Shown in pieces: positions 11,731-25,302 of a stretch of 64,000 nt of DNA. How positions within the stretch are numbered: position 1 is the first letter of the stretch; the number at the start of each line of letters is the position of its first letter. The DNA comes from Octopus bimaculoides (Eukaryota). The translations under genes and the position numbers were made by a program. The notes beneath the pieces were generated by a model. That model was not told the DNA's origin and ran no database searches. It worked only from the letters and a program-made list of their open reading frames with translations. The stretch spans positions 73,220,008 through 73,284,007 of the forward strand of contig NC_068988.1 in NCBI RefSeq assembly GCF_001194135.2. Reading direction: 5' to 3'.

Positions 11731-13436
11731 ATATATANNNNNNNNNNNNNNNNNNNNNNNNNNNNNNNNNNNNNNNNNNNNNNNNNNNNNNNNNNNNNNN
11801 NNNNNNNNNNNNNNNNNNNNNNNNNNNNNNNNNNNNNNNNACAATATAAATAATATATATATATATGCATATATACTTACATACATGTACATACCTACAT
11901 ATATATGTATATACACATGCATATATGGGTGCAGGACGTCAAAAAAAACGTGAATAACATGAAAAATGAGAACATGAAAAGACAAAAACATGGAAAATGA
12001 ACATATTTTCGAACAACGAAAAAAACAAATAGAGAAACGAGACAGGCAACATAAAGAACAATCCCTTCATCAGTTGTCTCCTGTTTTATCTACTCCACAT
12101 TTCGAATGTTTAGGACAAGATGCGTTTTGTCAAAACAGTCATTCCGTGTGTGTGTGTGTATGTATGTATTATAAGAGAGTATGCACATACATAAATACAT
12201 ACATATATACACATACACATGTGCACACACAGCACACACACATACATATAGTTTGTATGTTCTGTGTTTATACCAGTTGCTACTAAGTTCAGCATCACAA
12301 GTATTTCCATATTTAAAATATCATTATTCATTTTTGTTGTTCTAATACAAGCCACTGGCCACTTTAAGCTATTCCTCTTAACTCATTATCCTTTTAGTAA
12401 AAAAATATGTGTGAATGAGTGTGTGTCTGTGTGTGTGTGTGTGTGTGCGCATTATATAATTATGTGATAGAGTTATATACTAATGTATTTATTTTCAATG
12501 AAATTAAACTCTGTTTGTGTCTTTTTGGCAGCTTGAGCAATAATTTTATATCTTGGGGGTTGATAACCTTCCAGCCACAAGTTTTCTTTACATTTTAATA
12601 AATAGCCCATTATTATTTTGAAAAGAAGTGAGTAAATACTTGTGAACTGTGAAATAACAATAACCCTTGTTGCTTTGATTCTAATCACAAGCTGCTGAAA
12701 TGTGGCTCATGGGCCTAGCTTCATGGCAAAACTAAATATATGTGTGGATATGACTCTATATCTATTTAATCATAACTCCTGGAACTTTGACATTCTGGTT
12801 AAGATACACCAGTTAGCCAAGAGCTGCTGCCACAGACTTATCTTGCCATTGTTGCAACTTGTTGAATTCCTACTGATACTTTCTCCTCAACTCTATTACT
12901 GATCATGAATTTCTTGTTTACTATTTGCTACAATTATTTGGACCATCCCCCTTTACATGCATACCGAATGACAAATGGCAATACCATAGCCACGCAGATT
13001 GACCTACATTTACCACCCCACTTCACTGGCCTAAATCTAAGGCTTAGCCATATTGAATACACCCACACATATAAATACAGCTATTCATAGTCTACGTTTT
13101 GTGTCAACTTGAAACTTTTATGTATACCAACTGAAGTTTTACTTAACCAATGCATATCTGCAAAAGAAAACTAGAAAACATAGGAACACAGTATAAAATA
13201 TATAGTTACTAACTTAGGGTATGTTCATGGTTATAATGTCTTATATCATCTATATTCAAAGCTTAGTCTATTTATCATTATACACACACACACATGCATG
13301 CGTATATATGCATATACATGTATATAGATGAATATATGTGTATATTTATGTAGTCATGTATTTTGTATTTTATATATCTTTGTAGTGTGTACGTGTGTGT
13401 GTATTTTATTCATGTATACATATACATTCTATATAT

Positions 13437-13600
13437 ATATATCTATCTTTTACCTTCTTTTATGGTTAATGTGTGTGTGTGTGTGTGTGTGTGTATATTT
13501 AATATATGAATATATATATATATATCTATCTTTTACCTTCTTTTATGGTTAATGTGTGTGTGTGTGTGTGTGTGTATATTTAATATATGAATATATATAT
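13437..13600. repeat. Tandem duplication of an ~84-bp unit containing (GT)n and (AT)n
   Basis: tatctatcttttaccttcttttatggttaatgtgtg...gtatatttaatatatgaatata occurs twice back to back. Confidence 0.8.
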
Positions 13601-13943
13601 AATATATATGTATATATATATATATATATCTATCTATGTTCATATATATATATATATATATATACACACTCACTCACACACACATAGTATATATAATATA
13701 TATATATATTATCATCATCATTGTTTAACATCCGCCTTCCATGCTGACATGGGTAGGACAAGAATATATATAATAATAATATAATATAATATATTACACA
13801 CACACACACACATATATATATATTGTATTATATATATGTGTGTATAAATATATATATATATATGTATATGTAAATTTAATTTATATATATATAATATAAT
13901 ATAATATAATAAAATATAATATAATATAATATAATATAATATA

Positions 13944-13988
<45 letters not shown>

Positions 13989-14439
13989 TTCAGCACATCT
14001 AGCATCCATGGGTCAGATATCCAACAACTGGTTCAGGAGCATCCAATGGTGCAGATGTGTCTCTTTGGATGATAAACTTAAAATAACAGTTCTGCTATGT
14101 ATCTTCTCAGTTTTTGTGAAGAAAAGTAGCAAATTAAAGGATATAGCTTCATTATATAGAAGATCAATAATAAAATAACAGATGCAAAAAAGATACAATA
14201 CAGCGCAAAAAGATTTTAATATAACCATTAATGGATATGGATGTATAAATGCCCTCGTGTAGCTTGTATGATGCAATGCATGTACACTCACTCATTCAAA
14301 CAGCCATGTGGTTTGGTGCACATATGTGCACATAGCAAGTTGAATAGCTACTTGGTGTTTACAAGAATGAGGAGGTTAAAGCCAAATTTAATTCATTCAT
14401 ACCTTAAGGTAAATTATGTTAACAGTTACTCAAAGTCAT

Positions 14440-14720
14440 TCCCACTGCATTGTGTAAAAGTGCATTTATATACATGTAATCATCTTGAGAGTCTTTTAGA
14501 AATCCTATTAATGATCTTCTCATTGGTCTACAGAATAGACAAGGATTCCTCAGAGCAGAGTTGGCATCTCTTGAAAAAGATATATGGCTTTGTGTGCCTA
14601 ACTATGGACCAAGTTATGTCATATTTGAAATAATTGTAGTGATTAATAAAAACTCTCATATCTTCCATCTTTGGTCTCTCATTGACCATGTATATTATAG
14701 ATATTGATAGGAAGGACAAC
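14440..14720 (-). mobile_element. PLE GIY-YIG endonuclease C-terminal fragment
   Basis: KYDITWSIVRHTKPY..KRCQLCSEE matches the PLE I.WSI...A..Y...C.LC..EK pattern also seen at 44600 and 58300. Confidence 0.65.
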
Positions 14721-14792
14721 AAAAGAAAGAAAGAAACCTCAATATTATGTAAATAGAGGAATTTATCTGTAAATAATATGTGACAATTATTC

Positions 14793-14853
14793 GATAAAAC
14801 TCTGAGTTTCGGATGCCTGGGTGGAAACCCACGCCGCCATCTCTTCAGTTATC
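14793..14853 (-). ncRNA. Type I hammerhead ribozyme motif (PLE-associated)
   Basis: Minus strand: GATAA-CTGAAGA-GATG[GCGGCG TGGGT TTCC ACCCA GG]CATC-C-GAAA-CTC A GAG-T-T-TTATC. Stem I GATAA/TTATC, palindromic stem III, GUU cleavage triplet, one extra C before GAAA. Confidence 0.65.
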
Positions 14854-15156
14854 TGGCCATTGAAAATTGCTATGTAAATGACTGTTAAACAAAGGGAAAT
14901 TACTGTATGGTTGACCGTTATTAAGACAAAAGAACTATTAGAATGACCGCTAAGTGAGGGGAGGGAGTTTTTTTTTCTGTTATATAAACATTTTTAAAAA
15001 ACCATAAATCTTTCTTCAAATACTGTCCACACTTTGTATACACACCTACATATACACGCATACACACACACATACATGCATATATGTGTGTGTATGTATA
15101 TATGTCTATATTTGTAAAGGTGGGTATGTGTATCTATGTGTATGTATATGTATATA

Positions 15157-15197
<41 letters not shown>

Positions 15198-16364
15198 ACT
15201 GGTTATGTGAGCAACTGTTATCAGATGGATATGGAGGTGTAGGAAATCAAAAGTAGAAAGAGATACAAAGAGATATGAGACACAAGCAATGTTTATTTAA
15301 TGCCTGATATGTGTGTGGATATACATATGTGTGTCTATGTGCATATATATATATATATATATATATANNNNNNNNNNNNNNNNNNNNNNNNNNNNNNNNN
15401 NNNNNNNNNNNNNNNNNNNNNNNNNNNNNNNNNNNNNNNNNNNNNNNNNNNNNNNNNNNNNNNNNNNNNNNNNNNNNNNNNNNNNNNNNNNNNNNNNNNN
15501 NNNNNNNNNNNNNNNNNNNNNNNNNNNNNNNNNNNNNNNNNNNNNNNNNNNNNNNNNNNNNNNNNNNNNNNNNNNNNNNNNNNNNNNNNNNNNNNNNNNN
15601 NNNNNNNNNNNNNNNNNNNNNNNNNNNNNNNNNNNNNNNNNNNNNNNNNNNNNNNNNNNNNNNNNNNNNNNNNNNNNNNNNNNNNNNNNNNNNNNNNNNN
15701 NNNNNNNNNNNNNNNNNNNNNNNNNNNNNNNNNNNNNNNNNNNNNNNNNNNNNNNNNNNNNNNNNNNNNNNNNNNNNNNNNNNNNNNNNNNNNNNNNNNN
15801 NNNNNNNNNNNNNNNNNNNNNNNNNNNNNNNNNNNNNNNNNNNNNNNNNNNNNNNNNNNNNNNNNNNNNNNNNNNNNNNNNNNNNNNNNNNNNNNNNNNN
15901 NNNNNNNNNNNNNNNNNNNNNNNNNNNNNNNNNNNNNNNNNNNNNNNNNNNNNNNNNNNNNNNNNNNNNNNNNNNNNNNNNNNNNNNNNNNNNNNNNNNN
16001 NNNNNNNNNNNNNNNNNNNNNNNNNNNNNNNNNNNNNNNNNNNNNNNNNNNNNNNNNNNNNNNNNNNNNNNNNNNNNNNNNNNNNNNNNNNNNNNNNNNN
16101 NNNNNNNNNATAAAATATTATAAAATATTATAAAATATAGGATACTCCATCTCCTCAGGGTCCCATTATTATTGCTATCATCACCATCATTATTATTAGC
16201 AATACACATCCAAAAAAAACAGAAACCATTCAAATCTAATTTTCATAGTTGACCCATGAAAATATACAAAACAGGATGAAAAAGTAATAGATGGCACACA
16301 ACTTTCCATCCCAAATGTGCAATGAACGAGCAAACGGTAAATTTCCTCAAAACTAAACCTAAAA

Positions 16365-16490
16365 ATTTTATATTCTTAGTGTATTCTTAGTGTTTATTGT
16401 TCCTGCACATCTGCCAAACACAGAGGCTACTTTCTCTGTTAACCTTCCTGTAATTCCACTGCATCTCTTGTGTTGTATGTGTTCACAGCT
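16365..16490 (-). mobile_element. RTE LINE fragment (Cys/His-rich segment)
   Basis: HKRCSGITGRLTEK..VFGRCAGTINTKNT; homologous to 1426-1530. Confidence 0.75.
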
Positions 16491-17739
16491 TGCACTGAAT
16501 ATACTGTATGAAATTATGTGTGTGTGTATGTGTGTACATACACACACACGTGCACACACACGTGCACACACACACACGCATGTATGTATTCACATACTTT
16601 GTATGCACACACACACACACACACACACATTTGTGGTTTCTTCACTAATATTTGGGTTTCATTATCACAACCCTACAATTGGGATGGATCATTGCCTTGA
16701 AATCTTATATTTAAGTCATATATTCTTATATATCTTATATTCAAGCCTTTTACTTTTTCAGAGTCAATGAAATCCATATTAAATGAATATTCAATTGAAT
16801 GCATAGAGTATAAGCCATCTCCCTTTAAAAAGTAAAAAAAAGTAGTTTTGCATTATATATGTATATCATACTTATCCTCTCATAATCATCATTATACATG
16901 TTGATCTGATCAATCATTTATGTTAATACAGGCTGGCTATCTAAATATAAAAAGCAACTATTTAAAGCAGACTGTGAACTGTTGTAGTTACAATTTATAT
17001 AAACAGTAAATGAATTTGATAGCATTGGTTGGAATGCACTAAGAGGAATTTGGTTATTATATTCACAGATAACAGCTTGATGGTTATATAGGCTGAAAAT
17101 AAAGTGTACAAAATTATTTAACAGGTTGTGAATAACCATAGTACTTCTTGGTTCTATTTCACAAGATGAGCTCTTTTAGTCACATTACAAATAATCTCTA
17201 CTGGTAGCTTGGATTGTCATTACTGCTTGTGTTTATATATCAAAACATGCTGTTGTATTGTAATTAATTTCACTGGTTCACTGACACTTGTTTAAAATTC
17301 ATCCATCACTGAACACCTATTAAAGATAACAAGCTGTAATATACATTTACACATAACTTAATGAAAAAAAAGTCAAAGGTATCTAATGTTCTGGAATTCA
17401 GTTGTAATTATAGAAGTGTGTGTGTGTGTGTTAGTGTCAGACAGAAAGCAATGTCCAAACATCCTTACTTTGTTACTTAGTTGACCTCAATCTTCACTTA
17501 AGTCATTCCTCACATTGTTGGTGTCATGAAAAACGGAAACAAGGATGGGTTTCTTCTTTAGAATGTTGAGTCATATTTTTAACCTTCTATTCAATGGTTT
17601 TCTCTGTAATTATTATTAGTATAAGTTTTCTGCATTGCTTGTTATATTTCAACAGCAATATTGCTACATATTTCAGCATTGAGCCAATAAGAAGACAGCT
17701 ACATGGTTGCTTGACCAGCTGTCTTTATGAAATGTTGAG

Positions 17740-17905
17740 CCAACGGGAAGAACTTCTATGTAGCTACTCATCCTGCTAGAAATAGCAATCAAATTCCATT
17801 AAATTGCACTCTATTGTTTTAAAGCAGAAAGGACATATTAAATTATGCAGTTATAGATATACAAAAGAAGAGAGTGGAGACTGGAATGTTTATGATTATA
17901 GATCT
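17740..17905 (+). mobile_element. Dispersed SINE-like repeat, family F
   Basis: ctgctagaaatagcaatcaaattccattaaattgcact is homologous to the minus-strand copy at 49895-50070. Confidence 0.45.
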
Positions 17906-20896
17906 TGCTCAATTAGAAATAATGTGGGGATTCCTGATACACAATACTTGTAAAAAAAATGAGATTGGATGACCATGGCTGGAATGTTTTTGACCTGAGG
18001 CAACTACTTTGATTATGAAGTGAGGACACAGATAGCAAAGTCTCTTTTGTTGTAGATGAAAGATTGGTAATTTATGTCTAGTCACCTGTATGATATGGTA
18101 TCTTTGGCTAAAAACAGTTAACTTGGTAGTCCAATCCACTTGGCTATAATTTGGCACTATATGAGGTGATATAATACACTACCTTAAGCAGTGGTACTAC
18201 TATGAAATTGATGAAAGATTTATTGCAATAAACCAGTGCACTATCTAGAAGATGGTTTTATTTCACAACTGCTGAATGCTATGAAAACTAGAGATAAGCT
18301 CTGATGCTTTGAATTTTTGTGACTTAGATAATTATTAGGTAGCTAACTACATTTAGCTAACTGCTCTTAATGTTACTGATACAACATGGTACTAATATAC
18401 TCTGTGTAAACTAGCTGCTTATTTTAGTTATTATTATATATAGCAGTTCCACTGATAGTGAATTAAATTAATTTTTATTTCTCAACAAAATGCTGTCTTA
18501 CTGATGGTCCTCTCAAGTCTGCTGTTGTTACTTGTCAACTAGATCTATTAAGGATGGTATCACATAGATAGTTGAAGACAATCTACACTTTGTTTCAGGA
18601 AAAATGTTCACTATTCCTTATCACTATTTAATACTATGCCATTGACATTTTATTTACACTTAACAATTAAAAAGTAAACTAGATCAGAGAGGATTTGAAC
18701 TTGGAACTGTAAGCTACTAACTTATCCATCAAATATTTACTCTACACCTCTAGACAATTACTGCTCAGGTACATGAGGTCCAAGTAAATGAAGTCCAAGT
18801 AAATGAGGTACATATTGGCAGACTACCTTCATAGCTCTATGTAAAACCATGCTACTATTTTTATGTTTTGCCTGCAAAGTCTCCTAAATTTCTTTGCCAC
18901 AATCTACCAGGCTAACAACAGATTCCACTTCTTCTTTACAGTTGAGTGTTTAGAAAGTTGAAAGAGCATGTGTTTGTGAAAATATGTGCTTCAATATTAT
19001 GCATATGCAAGATTTTCAAAGTAATTTTGAATTATGGTAGCATGGAAAACGAATAGAAGACAATATGAAAACAAAGTTTGTGGTAAATTAACACAAAAGC
19101 TGATATTTAAGGCCTTTGTACATTTTCCTTTCACTTAAATTCCTGTTGATTAATTAAGAGATAACCAAGAAATTTAATGTCATTACCAAAATGGATTAGA
19201 ATTGTTGTTTTGGAGTCTGGGGGTTCAGAGTAATGTTAATTACATAGACATTCTGTAGACTTTATCTGTTTCTATCTTCCACTTATTTTCATTTTGTCTA
19301 TTGCACACACACAAACACACACACATGCACACATGCACACACACAGCACAAACCTAAGCTCACTCTTTCTATCTCACTTTTCTCTCTTTTTCTCACCCCC
19401 TTACTCTTTTTCTCACTATCTCACTCCCTTCCCCGTCTCCCCACTATTCTCCATGTTTCCTTCTCAGTAGTTATCTTGCTGCATAAATTTAATCACTCCG
19501 TCATTAATAATATAAATAAGTATGCATAAATACATATATCAACTAATTATATATGTACACAGACCTAAGCTGCAAACATGGCAAGTTCTTCAGAAAAGTT
19601 ATAAATTCTTATTTGTGCATGTATGTTTCTTAGTTTATGTAAATTATGTACTAATTAGCACAATTACTTGTACTGTCTTTAGTTACTTATATAGCCTACT
19701 TTCACTAGAATTGTTAAAACACTTGCTGTTTGTTAACAAGATAACATTTCTTGGCCTCCCAACAATGGGACCTTTCTCTTCAGATATTTTATAATGGAAA
19801 CATCTCAGTTTTCATTTGATAATGTCAACAATTATTCTTTTAGTGAAGTCTTAAAATTCTTTTTCAACATTTTTCTATATTGCTAAATATTTTTTATATT
19901 TGATATAATTTTGTTTACACCTTGGAGAACAGGAAACTGTACAAAGAGTATGATAGAAAATATTACAGTATTTTGTTTTCATAAAGCACAATGACTTTAC
20001 ATTTAAGAAGGGGTATAAATGGAAAGTATGAAATTCATGTTTTTTTTAAAAGCAATAACTATGTAAGTGGTGATGATTTGACATTATGTTTCTTTTTTAA
20101 TGATTAGAATGAATGGGGGAGATAAAATAGATATTAATAATGTTTTAAAATCAGTTTGATTAACTATATCTTGCTCCTATGAAAAGTTTACAAAAATATC
20201 TAAGCAAAAAGAAAACTACCATTACAATAATTGGACACTCTGGTGTAATTATTGAGATATCACAAGACATCTGATAAGTATTGGTTTTCACCTTAACACA
20301 TTTATCTATGTTTAATATATCACATACTGTGTGCATATTTAAATGTTTTGATTTTGTTTATCAGTATTATTATAAATACAATTAAAAAAATATTTTCTTC
20401 ATTAAAAACAAATATATTCATGAATAAATACCTAATACAAACTTACTATATAAATGTGAGAACTGATATTTGTCAGACGGTTGATTATAGGTTTTTGTTA
20501 ATAATCAGTATGCATTTACCATATTAAATGTTTTAGTTTGACTGTTGAAACTATTGATCTTCTGACATTAATTTATTTCTCCTTGATGAGATGGAATAGC
20601 ATTTAATGTTCATTGACATATTATTGTTTTGTTGAACAGAATTATTGTTTAGTGACAAACTATTTGGAGTTTCCTTCATGAGATCCCCCTCTTGTTTTGT
20701 TCAGAAAACCAGCTGTTTTGTGTCAAGTGTTCACATGATTGTTGTGAAAAAATATTGTATTCTGATTTCACAAGTTTGCATGAATTTTCTATTTCAGAGC
20801 TATAAATTACTTCAATTACAAACTATTATAAATACAAGCACATTGTAGACTACTCTTCGTATGTCTGAGAGAGTGCACCTATCATACATATGCATT

Positions 20897-21823
20897 ATCA
20901 TCTTCATCAGCATCATTTAATGTCTGTTTTCCATGTTGGCATGGGGTGGACAGTTTGACAGGAGCTAGCAGGCTGGAGAGCTACACCAGGCTCCATTTAT
21001 CTCTTCTGGCATGGTTTCTACAGTTTGACGCTCTTCCTAATGCCAACCACTTTGCAGAATGTATTAGATGCTTTTTATGTGGCACTAGCAAAGGTGTTTT
21101 AATGTGACATCAGCACAAGTACTTTTTATGTGGCACCACAGGTGTTTTGTACATGGTGCCAGTGGGATTGTCAAGTAGTTTGCAAGACAAAGACCTCTCA
21201 ACTGAGAGAGGTAGTGGAACTGAGGGAGGTGGCTGTGAGCCAGGTGAGAAGATAGAGTATACTAGAGGGATAGAGATAGTACTTGACTATTCCTGCAGGA
21301 CAGGGAAGATGGGAGAGAGAGTTAGAGAGAAAGATAGAGAGACAGTCTGAGTGACAGAGAGAGAAATAGATGGTGTTGGTAATGTATTGAGGCCTATCTA
21401 CAGAGAACAGTGGACAGAATATAAGTAATACACTGGGGATAGAGGGAGATTTTCTATGAGAGTGTGAAGGAAGATATTTAAAAACAAGGAAGACATAGTT
21501 GTAACAAGTGATGGTGAGAGAACATGTAGTGGCTGAGAGTGGTGGTATGGTAGATATTTTAGAGCATGGAGAGTGCATAGATAGGCATGTGAGGGAGAGT
21601 GGAGGGGTGCTCATGGGTAATGAGATGGAGGGATGTGAAGATGGGTTGTAGGGGTGTTTTGACAGAGGATGGATTGTGTGTGTGTGTGTGAGTGAATAGG
21701 GCGGGGGCATGGTCATAAAGGACATGCCTGTATGTATGGATGATCACAGTTTTACTTAGCATGATGTGTCTTCTCAAGTACAGCAAATTGCCAGAAATCT
21801 TGGTCCCTTGTCACTTCGTCTGT
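20897..21823 (-). mobile_element. RTE LINE 3' end with long 3' UTR and (GAT)n tail
   Basis: Minus-strand C-terminus TDEVTRDQDFWQFAVLEKTHHAK*, a pyrimidine-rich UTR and a tail homologous to 33198 and 49237. Confidence 0.7.
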
Positions 21824-21940
21824 CAATTTGCTGTACTTGAGAAAGCACATCATGCCAAGTAAAACTGTGGCCATCCATACACACAGGAATGTCCTTTATG
21901 ACCATGCCCCCACCCCACTCACTCACATACACATTCCATC
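21668..21940. repeat. Long inverted repeat (hairpin): ~103-bp core stem, 33-nt loop
   Basis: 21688-21790 vs reverse complement of 21824-21926: about 10 mismatches in 103 by manual alignment. Confidence 0.9.
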
Positions 21941-22679
21941 TTGAATGTTGCAACGTCCCAGACCACAAAACCAAAAGCATGCTACCTGACTGTTTTGCAG
22001 AAACCCTCTAAAACTCTGCAATCTCTGACTCATAGATGTACTACCTCCTAACTTTGCCTATTCTATCACTATTATAATGGTTTCTGTTCCTAGAACTAGC
22101 TAGTTGCATACCATCAGGAGCTAATATCAGCTGACATACCTGTGTCTCGTCACTCATACTGCCTCTCACCCCTCCCCAGACCTTACAGTTATCACTTTAC
22201 CCAATTCTTACTTTCCAAACTGTGAAAAGTTTGAAATTCCCTTCCAATGTAAACTATTTTATAGCTGGAAACAATCTTTTCCTGCCACATTTTTTTCCTG
22301 TTGGCATTGTCTAACATATGTTCAGATTGAACGCCAACTGCATCCGTCTCACCAATGTTGAAGGGTCCATAAAGGTCATGAACACTTTCCCTTTCTACTG
22401 GCTAAAGCATTAAAAAATATGGTTTTTCTGTTCTTTGATTATGTTAGATGTCATATATTCTTTCTATATATACCTATTATAGCCCAATAATATATATATG
22501 ACTAGACATATGATATCTGGAGACAATCTGGGAATATGTAAAGAAAAAAAATCATTGCATTGCAAAAAATAGTTTTTAATCAAGTCAACGCTATTCACAT
22601 TTATTTTTGGGATTAAGGAATAATACTTGATGTTTTGAAATGCATTAACAGCCATAAGCTAACGTTACATTGATTTTCA

Positions 22680-23620
22680 AAGCCATCACCATCATATATG
22701 AAAATCTCAAAAGCTTTGTGCAAAGCAGACAGTCCAACTAAAGAGTTTCCAACAACAGCTGGAATTCTTCTGGGAGACTCCTTAGTTCCTTTTCTCTTTT
22801 TAATTGTAATGGACAAAACCTTAACCCCATCCAAGACAAAGGTCTTGCTATCCAGCAGAAGTAATCAAGATGTCAGCAGAACCTGTATCTCTCTGACTTT
22901 GATTATGTTGATGGTCTTACTTTCACAGCTCATTAACCATGTGATGCACATGGCTTGTCAACATCTCTTGAGAAAGCTACATTGAAACTCAGTCTGTTCA
23001 TCAATGCAAAGAAGACTGAATACATGGCCATCACTGAAGATGAAAGCCACCTGCCAATTTGTTCTAATAATGTCACACAATTCAAGGAGGTCAATGACTT
23101 CAAGTACCATGGATCCTATGGCAGGCAAAGAATGGAGTATCTGTAACAAACTTCAACATATCAGGCAACCAATTATTTCAAATTCAACAACACTGGCCCT
23201 CTTCAGGACATGTCTAGAGAGCATTCTTTTCTGTGGAGTTCAAACCTGGACTATAATGAAAAAGCTTCATGATTGCCTTGATGGTACAAGCATAAGATTT
23301 TTCACAAAGGCCCAAACATCGCATGACTTGAGTACAAGACCAAAGAGGATATTTACGAACATACTTCACCTATCTTTGCTGTTGTTACTTATAGCAGGGT
23401 AGGCTTTGCTAGCCATTATTATCATGCTGAACAACTGGTCATATTAGATGTTATAGTTTGGAGACTTTTGCATTTTAATAGAAGATAAAGATGACTCAGC
23501 TACATTGATATTATTGACAGAGACACACAACTCTGAAATTGAGAACTTACCAAAGCTAATGGGAAACAAAGATTCCTGGGGCAGCACTGTGAAATTTGTC
23601 TTAGTTGCAACCACTTGAAG
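22680..23620 (+). mobile_element. Degraded RTE-like LINE (second family), RT to 3' end
   Basis: GILLGDSLVPFLFLIVMD, LSDFDYVDG, INAKKTEYM, EVNDFKYHGS, LFRTCLESILFCGVQTW. Confidence 0.75.
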
Positions 23621-24170
23621 AAGTGTGAATGTTTTCGTTATTTCATTAAAATTACAGATATGTACAAATATTGGTCATGTACAACTAAGATTTTCTTGCA
23701 GAAGGTATATTTTGTAGGTATGTCAATACATTTTATATTAGAACTGATTTTTTTTAGTAAATGTCATCATTTATTTAAGTGCTAGTTACAATATTAGCAA
23801 GAAAGTAGGTACAAGTTTAAAGATGATCCTCCCATTGTGGGAAATCTTCCAGCTAAATTAGCATTAACAGTAGTCCCTACCTAAATCGAGCCTTTCTATA
23901 TTGTATTATTTAACCCATAAGTAAACAAATAAGTATGACTCAATAAAACGATCTGGACACATCATACATTAAAGTAATGACCTTTCTCTTTTAAAAAGAT
24001 ACAATTTTAAATTTTCACTGCAATTTATGTTAAGAACTGTTTTGAGGGTACCGTAACTGAGAATTACCAAAGCCCATTTTGCTTCTGTGGTGGGAATTTG
24101 CTGAGTTTGGTGAAGCTAATCTCTGGTATGAAGGTAGACAACTAAACATTTTAGAATAACATACAGGTCC

Positions 24171-24571
24171 TGTTGTTGTTATTGTTGTTGTTGTTGTTGG
24201 CACTCCGTCGCTTACGATTTCGAGGGTTCCAGTTGATCCAATCAACGGAACAGCCTGCTCGTGAAATTAACGTGCAAGTGGCTGAGCACTCCACAGATAC
24301 GTGTACCCTTAGCGTAGTTCTCGGGGATATTCAGCGTGACACAGTGTGACAAGGCTGACCCTTTGAATTACAGGCACAACAGAAACAGAAAGTAAGAGTG
24401 AGAGAAAGTTGTAGTGAAAGAGTACAGCAGGATTCACCATCATCCCCTACCGGAGCCTCATGGAACTTTAGGTGTTTTCGATCAATAAACACTCACAACG
24501 CCCGGTCTGGGAATCTAAACCACGATCCTATGACCGCGAGTCCGCTGCCCTAACCACTGGGCCATTGCGCC
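24171..24571 (-). mobile_element. SINE family D (tRNA-derived), full length, CpG-rich, (AAC)n tail
   Basis: Head GGCGCAATGGCCCAGTGGTTAGGGCAGCGGACTCGCGG..GGTTTAGATTCC with A- and B-box-like motifs; tail at 24171-24199. Confidence 0.85.
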
Positions 24572-24884
24572 TTCACCATACCGGTCATACATACAGGATA
24601 TACCACATTTCAGTCTAGTTAAGGTATATGTTATACAACCAGTTTTTCGTTTCAGCCTGTCTTTATATCTACAAAAGAAAGAGTGAGACAGATCCAATTA
24701 ATATAGAAAAGGTAGAATGTTTTATGATTTATTATTGAAAGCAATCCATCCTTATATTTGAGCCTTGAGAAACATTGTTTTATACTTGTTGCGACTAGGC
24801 AACTCATATACTACTCATATAACTAAAAATGTGTGATTTTATTGCTTCTATTTCAATTTTGTTATTTAGGTAAGTTGAAAATGA

Positions 24885-24936
24885 TATATACTAGCTTAAA
24901 AACTGCCTGATAGGGTGGCATTTAAGCTAGTATATA
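24885..24936. repeat. 52-bp hairpin with perfect 16-bp arms
   Basis: tatatactagcttaaa (24885-24900) and tttaagctagtatata (24921-24936) are exact reverse complements. Confidence 0.9.
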
Positions 24937-25109
24937 ACTTTTAAGCAACTGACCCTGAATGGGAAGAGCTGCAAACAGATCTCTGACTGGTTTTGGAGAA
25001 CTTTTTGTAATTGCTTCCTCCAGAGTCATATCCCAATGATGATCATATTCATCGCAAAAGATCATGTAAAAATAATTGCCATAAACAATCGCAGTAATGA
25101 AAACATAGG

Positions 25110-25278
25110 AATCTAAATTTTCAGTATTGTGGGTCCAGATTCAGCCTGGAATGATTTTAATTTACTCACAGAGTCAACCTGATTCCAAAATGGTATGATA
25201 TGCTGGGCTACGGTCTCTAGGAGTAAAGTTGAAAAAGTGCGACAAACTGACACACTGACATTCACATTTATTATATTA
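25110..25278 (-). mobile_element. Helitron-like 5' terminal fragment
   Basis: Minus strand begins ..taatataataaatgtgaatgtcagtgtgtcag, resembling TC/TA-TATAATAAA Helitron starts; related termini at 25522-25570 and 26025-26081. Confidence 0.4.
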
Positions 25279-25302
25279 TATTATATTATTATATTATATT
25301 AA

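Noticed and set aside
11930-12145. Possible PLE terminal fragment with minus-strand CGAAA...CTGATGA
   Set aside because: Motif order and helices do not give a foldable hammerhead, and there is no coding evidence for a family call.
12473-12688. 71-aa minus-strand ORF (KENLWLEGYQPPRYKIIAQAAKK)
   Set aside because: No recognisable family and no convincing splice signals.
24500-24571. tRNA-like sequence (also at 31808 and 63920)
   Set aside because: No complete cloverleaf; each runs into a SINE body, so these are SINE heads rather than tRNA genes.
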